DNA of 24,454 nucleotides. Source: a virus (Duplodnaviria; Caudoviricetes). This document shows positions 9,835 through 18,364 of this stretch, one piece after another. Where the stretch lies: the IMG/VR virus record IMGVR_UViG_3300032295_003793, positions 1 through 24,454 of that record; one strand, 5' to 3'. The position numbers were made by a program, and so were the translations under genes. The notes beneath the pieces were generated by a model that saw nothing but the letters and a program-made list of their open reading frames with translations, had not been told where the DNA came from and did not search any database. The number at the start of each line of letters is the position of its first letter. Positions within the stretch are counted from its first letter, which is position 1.

Positions 9835-9868
9835 ATTGATTGGGCTGCAATCTTGCAGTTCAATCAAT
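9835..9868 (+). terminator. Long hairpin after the early gene (terminator or processing/stability element)
   Basis: ATTGATTGGGCTGCAA-TC-TTGCAGTTCAATCAAT: 15-16 bp stem with two G-U pairs on the + strand. No U-tract, so not a canonical intrinsic terminator. Confidence 0.5.
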
Positions 9869-9873
9869 AAATA
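9866..9873 (+). promoter_or_regulatory. T4-type late promoter (AATAAATA) upstream of the gp13-like gene
   Basis: TAAATA core 21 nt before ATG 9895. Confidence 0.65.
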
Positions 9874-9894
9874 CAGGGAGCGGAGCTTTCCCTA

Positions 9895-10659
9895 ATGGAC
9901 ACAGAAATCACTTTACCCACACTCAAGCAAAATCTTATAGAATATGTACGCCTGCAACTAGGCGATCAAATCGTTGACCTTGAGCTGGACCCTGCGCACT
10001 ACGAAGCTGCGTATCAAAAAACCATAGGTACCTATCGACAGCGTGCCAACAATGCCTATGAAGAAGCCTATATCTTCATGGAATTGATTCAAGATGTAAA
10101 CATCTATACCCTGCCGCAAGAAGTTGTGAGTGTGCGCCAGATTTTCCGACGCACTTTTGGCACTGCCACTGGCCCTTTTGCCAGCAATTTTGATCCGTTC
10201 GCACAGGCATCAATCAATGTGTATCTCATGAACTTCAACACCGCGGGCGGTCTGGCCACCTATGATTTCTATACTCAATATGTGGAATTGGCTGCTAGGA
10301 TGTTTGGTGGTTTCGTAAACTACACCTGGAATCAAGTCACCAAGAAGCTGCAAATCATTCGCGATCCCAAAGGCACTGGTGAAAATGTTTTGCTCTGGGT
10401 TTGGCAACTCAAGCCCGAGGCAGTGTTGCTGCAAGACCTACAGATCAGTCAGTGGATCAAAGACTACATGCTGGCCAACTGCAAAATGATCATAGGTGAA
10501 GCACGTGAAAAGTTTGGAACCATTGCAGGGCCACAGGGCGGAACCACATTGAACGGTGCTGCAATGAAGACGGAAGCCAAGGCCGACATGGAAGCCTTGA
10601 TCCTGCAATTGGTAAACTATGTTGACGGTAGTCAACCTTTAACCTGGGTGATTGGATAA
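9895..10659 (+). CDS. T4 gp13-like neck (head-tail adaptor) protein
   Basis: LIEYVRLQLGDQIVDLEL...YTLPQEVVSVRQIF...WIKDYMLANCKMIIGEAREKFGTIAGPQGGTTLNG matches the gp13 pattern. Confidence 0.85.
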   Translation: MDTEITLPTLKQNLIEYVRLQLGDQIVDLELDPAHYEAAYQKTIGTYRQRANNAYEEAYIFMELIQDVNIYTLPQEVVSVRQIFRRTFGTATGPFASNFDPFAQASINVYLMNFNTAGGLATYDFYTQYVELAARMFGGFVNYTWNQVTKKLQIIRDPKGTGENVLLWVWQLKPEAVLLQDLQISQWIKDYMLANCKMIIGEAREKFGTIAGPQGGTTLNGAAMKTEAKADMEALILQLVNYVDGSQPLTWVIG

Positions 10660-10664
10660 TTCAA

Positions 10665-10772
10665 ATGTCGGGCGTTGAACTTGGCGCATTGATAACGATT
10701 TTTGCGATGGCAGCACTGGTGCTTTGGGGCCAATTTGGTTACGACGAAGACGATAACGGCCATCGTAGATAA
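10665..10772 (+). CDS. Small (35 aa) predicted single-pass membrane peptide, absent from the ORF track
   Basis: Read by hand as MSGVELGALITIFAMAALVLWGQFGYDEDDNGHRR*: hydrophobic stretch plus charged tail. Fills the gap between gp13 and the exonuclease promoter. Confidence 0.5.
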   Translation: MSGVELGALITIFAMAALVLWGQFGYDEDDNGHRR

Positions 10773-10790
10773 CAAATTTTTTTAAATTCA

Positions 10791-10799
10791 TGCTATAAT
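10791..10799 (+). promoter_or_regulatory. Extended -10 sigma70-type promoter (TGcTATAAT)
   Basis: TG-C-TATAAT with an AT-rich upstream region, 5 nt before ATG 10805. No SD sequence. Confidence 0.7.
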
Positions 10800-10804
10800 A
10801 CAGC

Positions 10805-11326
10805 ATGGACCTAATGATTGATCTTGAGGGGCTGGCAACCGGCCCTGACACCACTATTCTTACCATTGCTGCTCAAGCGTTTGATCCCTTTGGCGATGGC
10901 TGGTATGATAAGCAATACTATGCTAGAGTAGATCTGGACAGCCAATCCAATCGTCGTATTGAACAGGGCACTCTTGAATGGTGGGCTACGCAACCTGCGG
11001 CAGCTAGAGATGAAGCCTTTGCTGAAGACGATCGAGTGCCACTAGACCAAGCCCTGGACGAACTGGGTCGATTGATTTGGCACAGCAAACGAATCTGGGC
11101 ACAAGGTCCCACCTATGACATGACCATTTTAGAACATGCCTACAAGAGTTACAACAAACCCATACCCTGGAAGTATTTTGCTGTGCGTGACAGCCGCACA
11201 GTGTTTTCGCTATGGCCTGGACTGGAAAAGCCAGCCACTAGTCACCATGCATTAGAAGACTGTCGTCGACAGATCATGCTGCTGCAGGATACATTCAAGT
11301 ATTTCAAAATAAAGGAAATCGCATGA
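10805..11326 (+). CDS. DEDDh-family 3'-5' exonuclease (RNase AS/DexA-like)
   Basis: MIDLE (ExoI), WAQGPTYD (ExoII), VRDSRT and HHALED (ExoIII) motifs. Confidence 0.85.
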   Translation: MDLMIDLEGLATGPDTTILTIAAQAFDPFGDGWYDKQYYARVDLDSQSNRRIEQGTLEWWATQPAAARDEAFAEDDRVPLDQALDELGRLIWHSKRIWAQGPTYDMTILEHAYKSYNKPIPWKYFAVRDSRTVFSLWPGLEKPATSHHALEDCRRQIMLLQDTFKYFKIKEIA

Positions 11327-11979
11327 TAATTGGTGTGTGTGGATTCATTGGATCAGGAAAAGACACTGTGGCTGACTATCTTGTGAATATTCACCATTTT
11401 CGTCGTGAAAGTTTTGCCAACACTCTCAAAGATGCTGTGAGCATGGTGTTTGGGTGGGATAGAGACATGCTGGAAGGGCGCACACGCAGCAGTCGTGAGT
11501 GGAGAGAACAGCGCGATGAATGGTGGAGCAATAGACTGGGCATGGACATTACCCCACGCTGGATCCTGCAATACTGGGGCACAGAAGTTTGTCGCAAAGG
11601 GTTTCACGACAACATCTGGATTGCCAGTTTAGAAAACAAGCTGCGCGACAGCACTGACGACATAGTGATTTCAGACTGTAGATTCCCCAATGAAATAGCG
11701 GCGATTAGAAACGCTGGGGGCAGAGTTGTAAGGGTAGTGCGTGGTGCTGAACCAGACTGGTACAGTGATGCCATAAGATACAATGCTGGACCCAGCAAAA
11801 TTGGCTGGGCACTGGGCAGGCACACCTTGGAAAAAGCCGGAGTACATGCCAGTGAGTATGCCTGGGTAGGCACAGACTTTGATGCAGTGTTGGACAACAA
11901 CAGCAGTGTTGATGCTCTGTATCAACAGATCACAGATCTGGTTCAAGGTCGCCGCGACGCCACGGCAGATCACTCCTGA
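11323..11979 (+). CDS. Deoxynucleoside monophosphate kinase (T4 gp1-like)
   Basis: P-loop GFIGSGKDT, SFANTLKD, TPRWILQYWGTE, VISDCRFPNE and HASE motifs. ATGA overlap with the exonuclease gene. Confidence 0.92.
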   Translation: MIIGVCGFIGSGKDTVADYLVNIHHFRRESFANTLKDAVSMVFGWDRDMLEGRTRSSREWREQRDEWWSNRLGMDITPRWILQYWGTEVCRKGFHDNIWIASLENKLRDSTDDIVISDCRFPNEIAAIRNAGGRVVRVVRGAEPDWYSDAIRYNAGPSKIGWALGRHTLEKAGVHASEYAWVGTDFDAVLDNNSSVDALYQQITDLVQGRRDATADHS

Positions 11980-12277
11980 CAACTTCAACAGAACAGTTTT
12001 GGCATATACTGCGAAGATTTTTGGTATCACAGTTTGACAGTTTACCGTCAATGTGATACACTATGATCTGAGCTGCATATTTGGCACGAAACCCACAGCG
12101 ATCGCATGTGGGTTTTTTGCGATAGCCAGCACTCTCCCATAGCGGCGCCCGCTTCTTCAATCCTCGATTTTTTCTCAAGCAGTTTTCGCAGCGGCTGCGA
12201 TAGTGGGCCACTTCGTCACGATAGTAGTTTATGGCACAGGGTCTCTGCGCACAGGCCTGGCACAAGGGTCTTTGCAT
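11930..12277 (-). CDS. Zinc-binding, degenerate HNH-like protein
   Basis: Four CxxC pairs (CQAC, CENC, CDRC, CQNC) and VYHIDGKLSNCDTKNLRSICQNC, which resembles the HNH core. Start is ATG 12277 or GTG 12280. Confidence 0.7.
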   Translation of the reverse strand: MQRPLCQACAQRPCAINYYRDEVAHYRSRCENCLRKNRGLKKRAPLWESAGYRKKPTCDRCGFRAKYAAQIIVYHIDGKLSNCDTKNLRSICQNCSVEVVRSDLPWRRGDLEPDL

Positions 12278-12281
12278 CACC

Positions 12282-12348
12282 TATTTACCGTGTGAACCTT
12301 TGGCAAAGGGTTGTCTAGAACAGGTTTTTTGACCCAATTCAATAAATA
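12282..12348. promoter_or_regulatory. Divergent pair of T4-type late promoters
   Basis: GGTAAATA on - (12282-12289) faces the HNH gene and AATAAATA on + (12341-12348) faces the sheath gene. A small hairpin AACCTTT-GGC-AAAGGGTT (12295-12312) lies between them. Confidence 0.6.
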
Positions 12349-12373
12349 TAGATAACTTGCAAAGGAAATCACT

Positions 12374-15300
12374 ATGGCCTTAACATCGCCTGGCGTAGAA
12401 GTAACTGTAATTGACGAAAGTCAGTACATTCCTTCAGCCGTAAACACAGTCCCTTATTTCTTGGTAGCCACAGCACAGGACAAAGTCAGTGCTGACGGTA
12501 TCACGGTAGCTGCTGGCACACTTGCTGCCAACGCTAACAAAACTTATTTGATCACAAGTCAACGAGATTTGGCTGCGACTTTTGGTGTACCGTTTTTCTA
12601 TAACACCACAGCCGGCACCCCAATCAATGGTTATGAGCTCAATGAGTATGGTCTACTGGCTGCATACAGTGCTCTGGGCGTGACCAATCGTGCGTATGTA
12701 CAGCGAGCCGACATTGATCTAACCGAACTCACTGCCAGCCTGAGCCGTCCACGCGGCGAGCCCAACAACAATGCTTACTGGTTTGATACCAGCACCACAA
12801 CCTGGGGCATATTTGAATGGAATCAAACCACTGCTACATTTACCAACAAAACACCCTTGGTTATCACAGATACAGCAGAGGTTGTGGGCACAGGTGCAAA
12901 TGCCGCAGAAGAAAACACTCCGCTCAACACAGTGGGCAGCATTGGCGACTATGCAGTGACCATGACTGATCAAGATGCAGCGATCTTTGGTTACTACAAA
13001 AATTATCTCAATCAATGGGTCCTGATTGGCAGCGATGAATGGAAAGCCAGCTGGGCAACCATTGTGAGCGAAAATGCACCTGTGACATTGACTGCAAACA
13101 GCAACCTTTATGTCAACGGATCGCTAGTGGCAGTTCCAGTATCTCCCAATAACACAATTGCGGGACTGGCAAACAACATCAACAATGCAGCTATCACTGG
13201 TGTGACTGCTGCTGAAATCAGTGGCAAACTCTATATTTTTGCCGACAGCGATGCTGGCAGCGATGGTAGCACCTTGCTCAACAACGGCTTTGTTGAAATT
13301 ACACAAGGCCCCAACAATGGTGCAGCACTGTTGACAGCACTGGGCATTGATACCAAGGCCTACCCAGCACCAGAGTATTTGTCTGCTTACAGTTATCAAG
13401 CTCCGCGTTGGAGAACAACCGATTTACAAGGCGGTCGCCCCACCGGTTCAGTGTGGCAGAATACCAGTGCAGCAAACAACGGCATGAACGTCAGTGTCAA
13501 GAAATACAGCACTGCTCTTGGTACATTTGTGGCTCAACCTTGCCCAGAGTATCAAGATGATGGTACAGCATTGTTTGGCCTAGATCCATCAGGCGGCGGC
13601 CGGAACATTCCTGCAGGTACAACCTACATTGGTTTTACCGGTATTGCATCACCTGCACTGATTCCTTTGTCAACATTTGAGTACACTGTGTTTGAAAGAT
13701 TTGCTATTGGAGCCACAGAAGTAACTGGCACCACAGTGGTCAGCACAGGGACTCCTTTCACAGGTGGCGCAACGTTCGAGCTGTCAGCGACCATCCCCGG
13801 AACTACGGATGCCAATCTTGAAACAGTGACAATTGGTGGATCTGGACCAGTGGGTGTGAGTCAGTTTATTGCAGGTGTCAGCGCAGCCAATGTTGCCAAT
13901 GTGTCATGCACATTGAATTCAGCAGGTAACTTGGTGTTTATACATTCAGCAGGCGGTACCATTGGCCTTGAGCAAACAGCCGCGGTAGAAGCAGCAGGTT
14001 TTGATGCCAACACGCCCAAGGTAAGAAGTTCTGTTGCTCTTGGAACTGCGGTTTATCTACTCAGTAACTTTGTGACTTCACCACTGTTTACCTACACACC
14101 CAGCCTCAATGCGCCGGATCAAGATCCGCCCAATGGCAGATTGTGGTACTACAGCACAGTGAGTGATGTTGATATCATGATTCAAGACAACGGTACCTGG
14201 CAAGGCTATCAGAATGTCACCAATGATGTGAGAGGGTATGATCTCAGTCTTACCAATGCTAGCGGTCCCATAATCAGCGCCACAGCACCAACAACTCAAA
14301 ACGACACAGCCGAAAGTCCACTGCAATTGGGCGATCTCTGGGTAGACTCCAGCGATCTTGAAAACTATCCCAAGTTATATCGTTGGGAAACGGTCAACAC
14401 AGTTGATCAGTGGGTGGAAGTTGATACCACAGATCAGGTAACTTCAAACGGTATTTTGTTTGCAGATGCTCGTTGGGCGCCCAACGGTACTACTGATCCA
14501 GTGGCAGATCCTTTCCCAACTATTGAAAGTCTCTTGATCAGCGATTATCTAGATCTAGATGCTCCTAATCCTGCACTGTACCCCCAAGGCATGTTGTTGT
14601 TCAACACACGTCGCAGCGGCTACAATGTAAAAGAGTTCACTACATATCTAGACGAGCAAAACTTCCCAGATATTCCTAGCTGGATTCCGGATCAGACTTA
14701 TCCTGCTGTGTCTACCACATGGCTCACAGCCAGTGGCAATCGCGACAACGGAGCCATGTGGAGCGGACGTCTAGCTCAGCGTCAGTTGATTATTCAAGCC
14801 TTGAAAGCCGGCATTGACACCAGCATTGCGGCCCGCGAAGAGCAGAATCAATTCAACATCATTGCTACCCCGGCCTATCCTGAGCTGACACAAAACATGA
14901 TTGCACTCAGCAACGAGCGCAACAATACCTTGTTTGTGGTAGCAGACACACCCATGAGACTTGACAACAGTGGTAACAGTTTAGTGGAATGGGCAACCAA
15001 CAGCAACGGTCTTGGACTGTTGACTGAAGATGGAAACAACGCTGTCAGCAACTATGCTGGTGCATTCTATCCCAGCTGTCAGACCAACGATCTGTCAGGC
15101 AACACTGTGGTGGCACCGCCCAGTCACATGATGGTTAGAACCATACTGCGTAGCGATGCGGTGAGTTATCCATGGTTGGCACCAGCAGGTACACGTCGTG
15201 GTGTGATTGACAATGCCAGCGCCATTGGTTACATTGATGCCACAACCGGTGAGTTCCAGCAGATTGGTGTTAGCCAGGCTGTGCGTGACATCTTGTATGA

Positions 15301-15709
15301 GCGCAACATCAACCCCATAACATTCATTCCAGGTGTGGGTATTGTGAACTTTGGTAACAAGACCACTGCCACTGCAACCACTGCACTGGATAGAATCAAC
15401 GTGGCACGTTTGGTGGCATTCTTGCGTGGTAGATTGGAAGAAATTGGCAAACAGTTCCTGTTTGAACCCAATGATGAACTAACTCGCAACGAAATCTCCA
15501 ACGTGGTCAACAGTCTAATGATTGATCTGGTGGCCAAGCGTGCGCTGTATGATTACCTGGTGGTGTGTGATCTCAGCAACAACACACCTGCTAGAATTGA
15601 CCGCAACGAACTGTGGGTTGATATCGCAATTGAGCCTGTCAAGGCCGTGGAATTCATCTACATTCCGCTGCGTATCAAGAACACAGGTGAGATTGCGGCT
15701 GGTGCGTAA
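12374..15709 (+). CDS. Contractile tail sheath protein (T4 gp18-like), 1111 aa with large central insertion
   Basis: N-terminal LTSPGVEVTVIDES. C-terminal FYP...PPS...PWLAPAGTRRG...LYERNINPI...GNKT...ALDRINVARL...FLFEPNDELTR...VVCDLSNNTP..IDRNEL.VDIAIEPVKAVEFIYI. AAGGA RBS. Confidence 0.97.
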   Translation: MALTSPGVEVTVIDESQYIPSAVNTVPYFLVATAQDKVSADGITVAAGTLAANANKTYLITSQRDLAATFGVPFFYNTTAGTPINGYELNEYGLLAAYSALGVTNRAYVQRADIDLTELTASLSRPRGEPNNNAYWFDTSTTTWGIFEWNQTTATFTNKTPLVITDTAEVVGTGANAAEENTPLNTVGSIGDYAVTMTDQDAAIFGYYKNYLNQWVLIGSDEWKASWATIVSENAPVTLTANSNLYVNGSLVAVPVSPNNTIAGLANNINNAAITGVTAAEISGKLYIFADSDAGSDGSTLLNNGFVEITQGPNNGAALLTALGIDTKAYPAPEYLSAYSYQAPRWRTTDLQGGRPTGSVWQNTSAANNGMNVSVKKYSTALGTFVAQPCPEYQDDGTALFGLDPSGGGRNIPAGTTYIGFTGIASPALIPLSTFEYTVFERFAIGATEVTGTTVVSTGTPFTGGATFELSATIPGTTDANLETVTIGGSGPVGVSQFIAGVSAANVANVSCTLNSAGNLVFIHSAGGTIGLEQTAAVEAAGFDANTPKVRSSVALGTAVYLLSNFVTSPLFTYTPSLNAPDQDPPNGRLWYYSTVSDVDIMIQDNGTWQGYQNVTNDVRGYDLSLTNASGPIISATAPTTQNDTAESPLQLGDLWVDSSDLENYPKLYRWETVNTVDQWVEVDTTDQVTSNGILFADARWAPNGTTDPVADPFPTIESLLISDYLDLDAPNPALYPQGMLLFNTRRSGYNVKEFTTYLDEQNFPDIPSWIPDQTYPAVSTTWLTASGNRDNGAMWSGRLAQRQLIIQALKAGIDTSIAAREEQNQFNIIATPAYPELTQNMIALSNERNNTLFVVADTPMRLDNSGNSLVEWATNSNGLGLLTEDGNNAVSNYAGAFYPSCQTNDLSGNTVVAPPSHMMVRTILRSDAVSYPWLAPAGTRRGVIDNASAIGYIDATTGEFQQIGVSQAVRDILYERNINPITFIPGVGIVNFGNKTTATATTALDRINVARLVAFLRGRLEEIGKQFLFEPNDELTRNEISNVVNSLMIDLVAKRALYDYLVVCDLSNNTPARIDRNELWVDIAIEPVKAVEFIYIPLRIKNTGEIAAGA

Positions 15710-15726
15710 GGTGAAACAGCCTGTAG

Positions 15727-15756
15727 AAATGGTGGCCAAAAAATTGGTCACCATTT
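15727..15756 (+). terminator. Hairpin between the sheath and tube genes
   Basis: AAATGGTGGCCAA-AAAA-TTGGTCACCATTT: 13-bp stem with one G-U pair and only a short U run. Confidence 0.55.
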
Positions 15757-15758
15757 AA

Positions 15759-15766
15759 GGTAAATA
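15759..15766 (+). promoter_or_regulatory. T4-type late promoter (GGTAAATA) for the tail tube gene
   Basis: TAAATA followed by an AGGAG RBS and ATG 15785. Confidence 0.65.
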
Positions 15767-15784
15767 AAAGTATAGGAGAAAAAC

Positions 15785-16435
15785 ATGGCAGTTTCATCAT
15801 TAAACAAAATGACAGTACCCTTGGGTGGTCCCGCAGGCAGCGACCAGAGCAACCCAACCCAGGGTCTGTTGATGCCCAAGCTCAAGTATCGCTTTAGAGT
15901 GAGCTTTGAAAATTTTGGTGTCAGTACCCCAAAGAGCGAAATGACCAAACAAGTGGTTAACGTGACTCGGCCCAATCTAACTTTTGAAGAAATTGCACTG
16001 CCGATTTACAACTCTACTCTCAAGCTGGCTGGCAAGCATGCCTGGGCCGATATCACATGCGCCATCCGTGACGATGCCAGCAACAGTGTGAGCAAGCTTG
16101 TGGGTGAACAGCTTCAGAAGCAGATGGACTTCTTGGAAATGGCATCAGCAGCTTCGGGTATCAACTACAAGTTCCTGACCAAGATTGAAATTCTTGACGG
16201 TGGCAACGGTGCTGCTGCACCTGTTGTGCTAGAAACCTGGGAATTGTATGGTTGCTATCTCAAAGGCGCAAACTATGGTGATCTAAACTACGGCACCAAC
16301 GAAGCTGCTACCATTGAGATGACCATTGCTTATGACAACGCCAACCAGACCCCCAGTGGTACTGGTGTTGGTACTGCGATTGCTCGTGCTGTTGGCAACG
16401 TGGTCACTGGTGTTGGCTCAGCCACCAATGTCTAA
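15785..16435 (+). CDS. Tail tube protein (T4 gp19-like)
   Basis: Directly after the sheath. PKLKYRFRVSF...RPNLTFEEI...LAGKHAWADITCAIRDD...ETWELYGCYL....YGDLNY.......IEMTIAYD is the tube-fold signature. Confidence 0.9.
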   Translation: MAVSSLNKMTVPLGGPAGSDQSNPTQGLLMPKLKYRFRVSFENFGVSTPKSEMTKQVVNVTRPNLTFEEIALPIYNSTLKLAGKHAWADITCAIRDDASNSVSKLVGEQLQKQMDFLEMASAASGINYKFLTKIEILDGGNGAAAPVVLETWELYGCYLKGANYGDLNYGTNEAATIEMTIAYDNANQTPSGTGVGTAIARAVGNVVTGVGSATNV

Positions 16436-16449
16436 CATGGTATAGCATC

Positions 16450-17568
16450 GTGGCATTTTTTGGCCAAAACTTTTTACAACAATTTACTCAAGGTCTTTTT
16501 GGTACGTCTAACTTGCGTGATTACACACACGCAAGTCGGACGTTTACCACCAACGCTTACGAATTAAAGCCCAGATACAAGTTTCTCTATCATGTGAGTT
16601 TTACACTCAACACCGAGATTCCGTCACTGAACAATCTTTTTGCCACTCGCGACATCTACAATCTCAGTTACATTGTGAAGTCAGTGAGTCTGCCGCAATA
16701 CAATATAAAGAACGAAACACTGAATCAGTACAATCGCAAGCGTCTAGTGCAGACACAGATACAGTATGAACCAGTGACAATTACGTTCCATGATGATGCA
16801 GGCGACAACAGTCGCAATCTTTGGTACAATTACTATTCGTATTACTACAAAGATCCTACTCAGCCCTATCTCAATGCACCGGCAGTGAATGGTAGTCCAG
16901 GCGATAACCAAGTCACATTCAAAGGTTCTGGTACTTGGCCACGCAATCTCTATGACCATACTCAGAGAACCTATGATTGGGGCTTTATTGGTGAAGCCAT
17001 AGATGATGGTCAGTTGTCAGGCGGCACTGGTAAACCTCCCTTCTTCAAAGACATCAGAATCTACGGGCTGGATCAGCACAAATACGCCAGCTATGTTTTG
17101 ATCAATCCCATAATCACACGTTTCAGTCATGATACCTATAACTACTATGAAGGCAACGGTACCATGCAAAACACCATGACCATTGCGTATGAAACTGTGA
17201 AATACTATGCTGGTGGCATTGGCAGCAGCAGACCAGATGTCAATGTGCAGGGTTTTGCAGATCCCGCACACTACGACACCGAACTCAGTCCCTTGGCAAG
17301 ACCGGGAGCGCAGAGAAACATATTTGGGCAAGGCGGTTTGTTGGATGCAGGTGGCGGTATCCTGACAGATCTGCAGAGTGGCGGCCCAGCAGGACTAATT
17401 GGAGCCGCACTCAAGGCCGGCACCACTTACAACACATTCAAGGGAGCTGACTTAGCTTCAATTGCCAGCAGTGAAAGTTTCAGCCTTGGCACACAGGCCA
17501 TTGCACAGGGATCAAGAAACAACGGCGGTAGATTTTTCCCCACCGCCAGCAATCCACCCACTAATTAA
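16450..17568 (+). CDS. Tube-fold protein, probable baseplate tail-tube initiator (gp48/gp54-like)
   Basis: PRYKFLYHVSF...VKSVSLP...NQYNRKR......YEPVTITFHDD...YVLINPII...MTIAYE parallels the gp19 pattern. Gly-rich C-terminal tail; GTG start. Confidence 0.7.
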   Translation: MAFFGQNFLQQFTQGLFGTSNLRDYTHASRTFTTNAYELKPRYKFLYHVSFTLNTEIPSLNNLFATRDIYNLSYIVKSVSLPQYNIKNETLNQYNRKRLVQTQIQYEPVTITFHDDAGDNSRNLWYNYYSYYYKDPTQPYLNAPAVNGSPGDNQVTFKGSGTWPRNLYDHTQRTYDWGFIGEAIDDGQLSGGTGKPPFFKDIRIYGLDQHKYASYVLINPIITRFSHDTYNYYEGNGTMQNTMTIAYETVKYYAGGIGSSRPDVNVQGFADPAHYDTELSPLARPGAQRNIFGQGGLLDAGGGILTDLQSGGPAGLIGAALKAGTTYNTFKGADLASIASSESFSLGTQAIAQGSRNNGGRFFPTASNPPTN

Positions 17569-17571
17569 CAC

Positions 17572-17934
17572 ATGGCCAGCATAAACGAAATCAACCGCAA
17601 CATTGATCAAACCGTACGAGTGTTTGACACATTCTATCTCAATGAACTGTCAATTCCTGCCAATGAATATGATCTAGTCAACAGCTATTTTCTGTCGCAG
17701 ATTGACAACACTATCACAGCTGGTAACTTCACTGTGAGTCTGTTTGAAGTTGCCAAAGAGACCAACATTCCGGCCTTGACTCTGTTGCAACAGTTTGAAG
17801 CCAATGGCACTGGTATTAATCTCACAGCCAATCTGGCATACTATCTAAATCTCATAAGAAACCGTGCTACCTTGCTGGGTGTTCAGGTAGCAGTGCAACC
17901 CAACTACTATGCCAATCAACTGGTCCTGCAATGA
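17572..17934 (+). CDS. Hypothetical protein (120 aa), probably tail/baseplate-associated
   Basis: Tightly packed ORF with an ATGA overlap to the next gene. No recognised motif. Confidence 0.7.
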   Translation: MASINEINRNIDQTVRVFDTFYLNELSIPANEYDLVNSYFLSQIDNTITAGNFTVSLFEVAKETNIPALTLLQQFEANGTGINLTANLAYYLNLIRNRATLLGVQVAVQPNYYANQLVLQ

Positions 17935-18362
17935 GCAAGTGGGCACAGGGATTTTATGACGTTGTAAATGCACAGAAGTACGTGGGCAAAAAAACTCCAC
18001 GTTATCGTTCAGGGTGGGAATTCAGTTTCATGAGATTTTGTGATCTCAATGACCATGTGCTGCAATGGGCCAGCGAAAGCATACACATTCCCTATCGCAA
18101 TCCACTCACAGGCAAACAAACCATCTACGTGCCAGACTTTCTCATCATGTATCGCAACAAGGACAACACAGTGCGTGCCGAAGTTGTGGAAATCAAACCC
18201 AAGAAACAGAGTGTGGTAGAAAGCAAACAGAGCGCACGAGACCGTGCAGCCGTGGCAGTAAACTACGCCAAATGGGATGCCGCCACCAAGTGGTGTCGCA
18301 GCCAAGGACTCACGTTTAGAGTCATCACCGAAGACGACATGTTTAGGAACGGGCGAAGATAG
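17931..18362 (+). CDS. Head completion nuclease (T4 gp4-like, TnsA N-terminal PD-(D/E)xK fold)
   Basis: KYVG...YRSGWEFSFMRFCD....VLQWASE...IPY.......YVPDF...VEIKP...NYAKWDAA..WC...GLTFRVITE is the gp4 signature. Confidence 0.9.
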   Translation: MSKWAQGFYDVVNAQKYVGKKTPRYRSGWEFSFMRFCDLNDHVLQWASESIHIPYRNPLTGKQTIYVPDFLIMYRNKDNTVRAEVVEIKPKKQSVVESKQSARDRAAVAVNYAKWDAATKWCRSQGLTFRVITEDDMFRNGRR

Positions 18363-18364
18363 CC

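Noticed and set aside
10639-10866. 75-aa minus-strand ORF across the gp13/exonuclease gap
   Set aside because: It overlaps both flanking genes and the promoter. The plus-strand 35-aa ORF explains the gap better.
12374-17568. Sheath and tube genes as a bacterial contractile injection system or tailocin
   Set aside because: Neck, head completion, terminase-like and dNMP kinase genes plus T4-type late promoters indicate a complete phage.
17931-18362. TnsA-like nuclease as evidence of a Tn7-type transposon
   Set aside because: Motifs and context match T4 gp4 head completion protein. No tnsB/tnsC genes or terminal repeats are visible.
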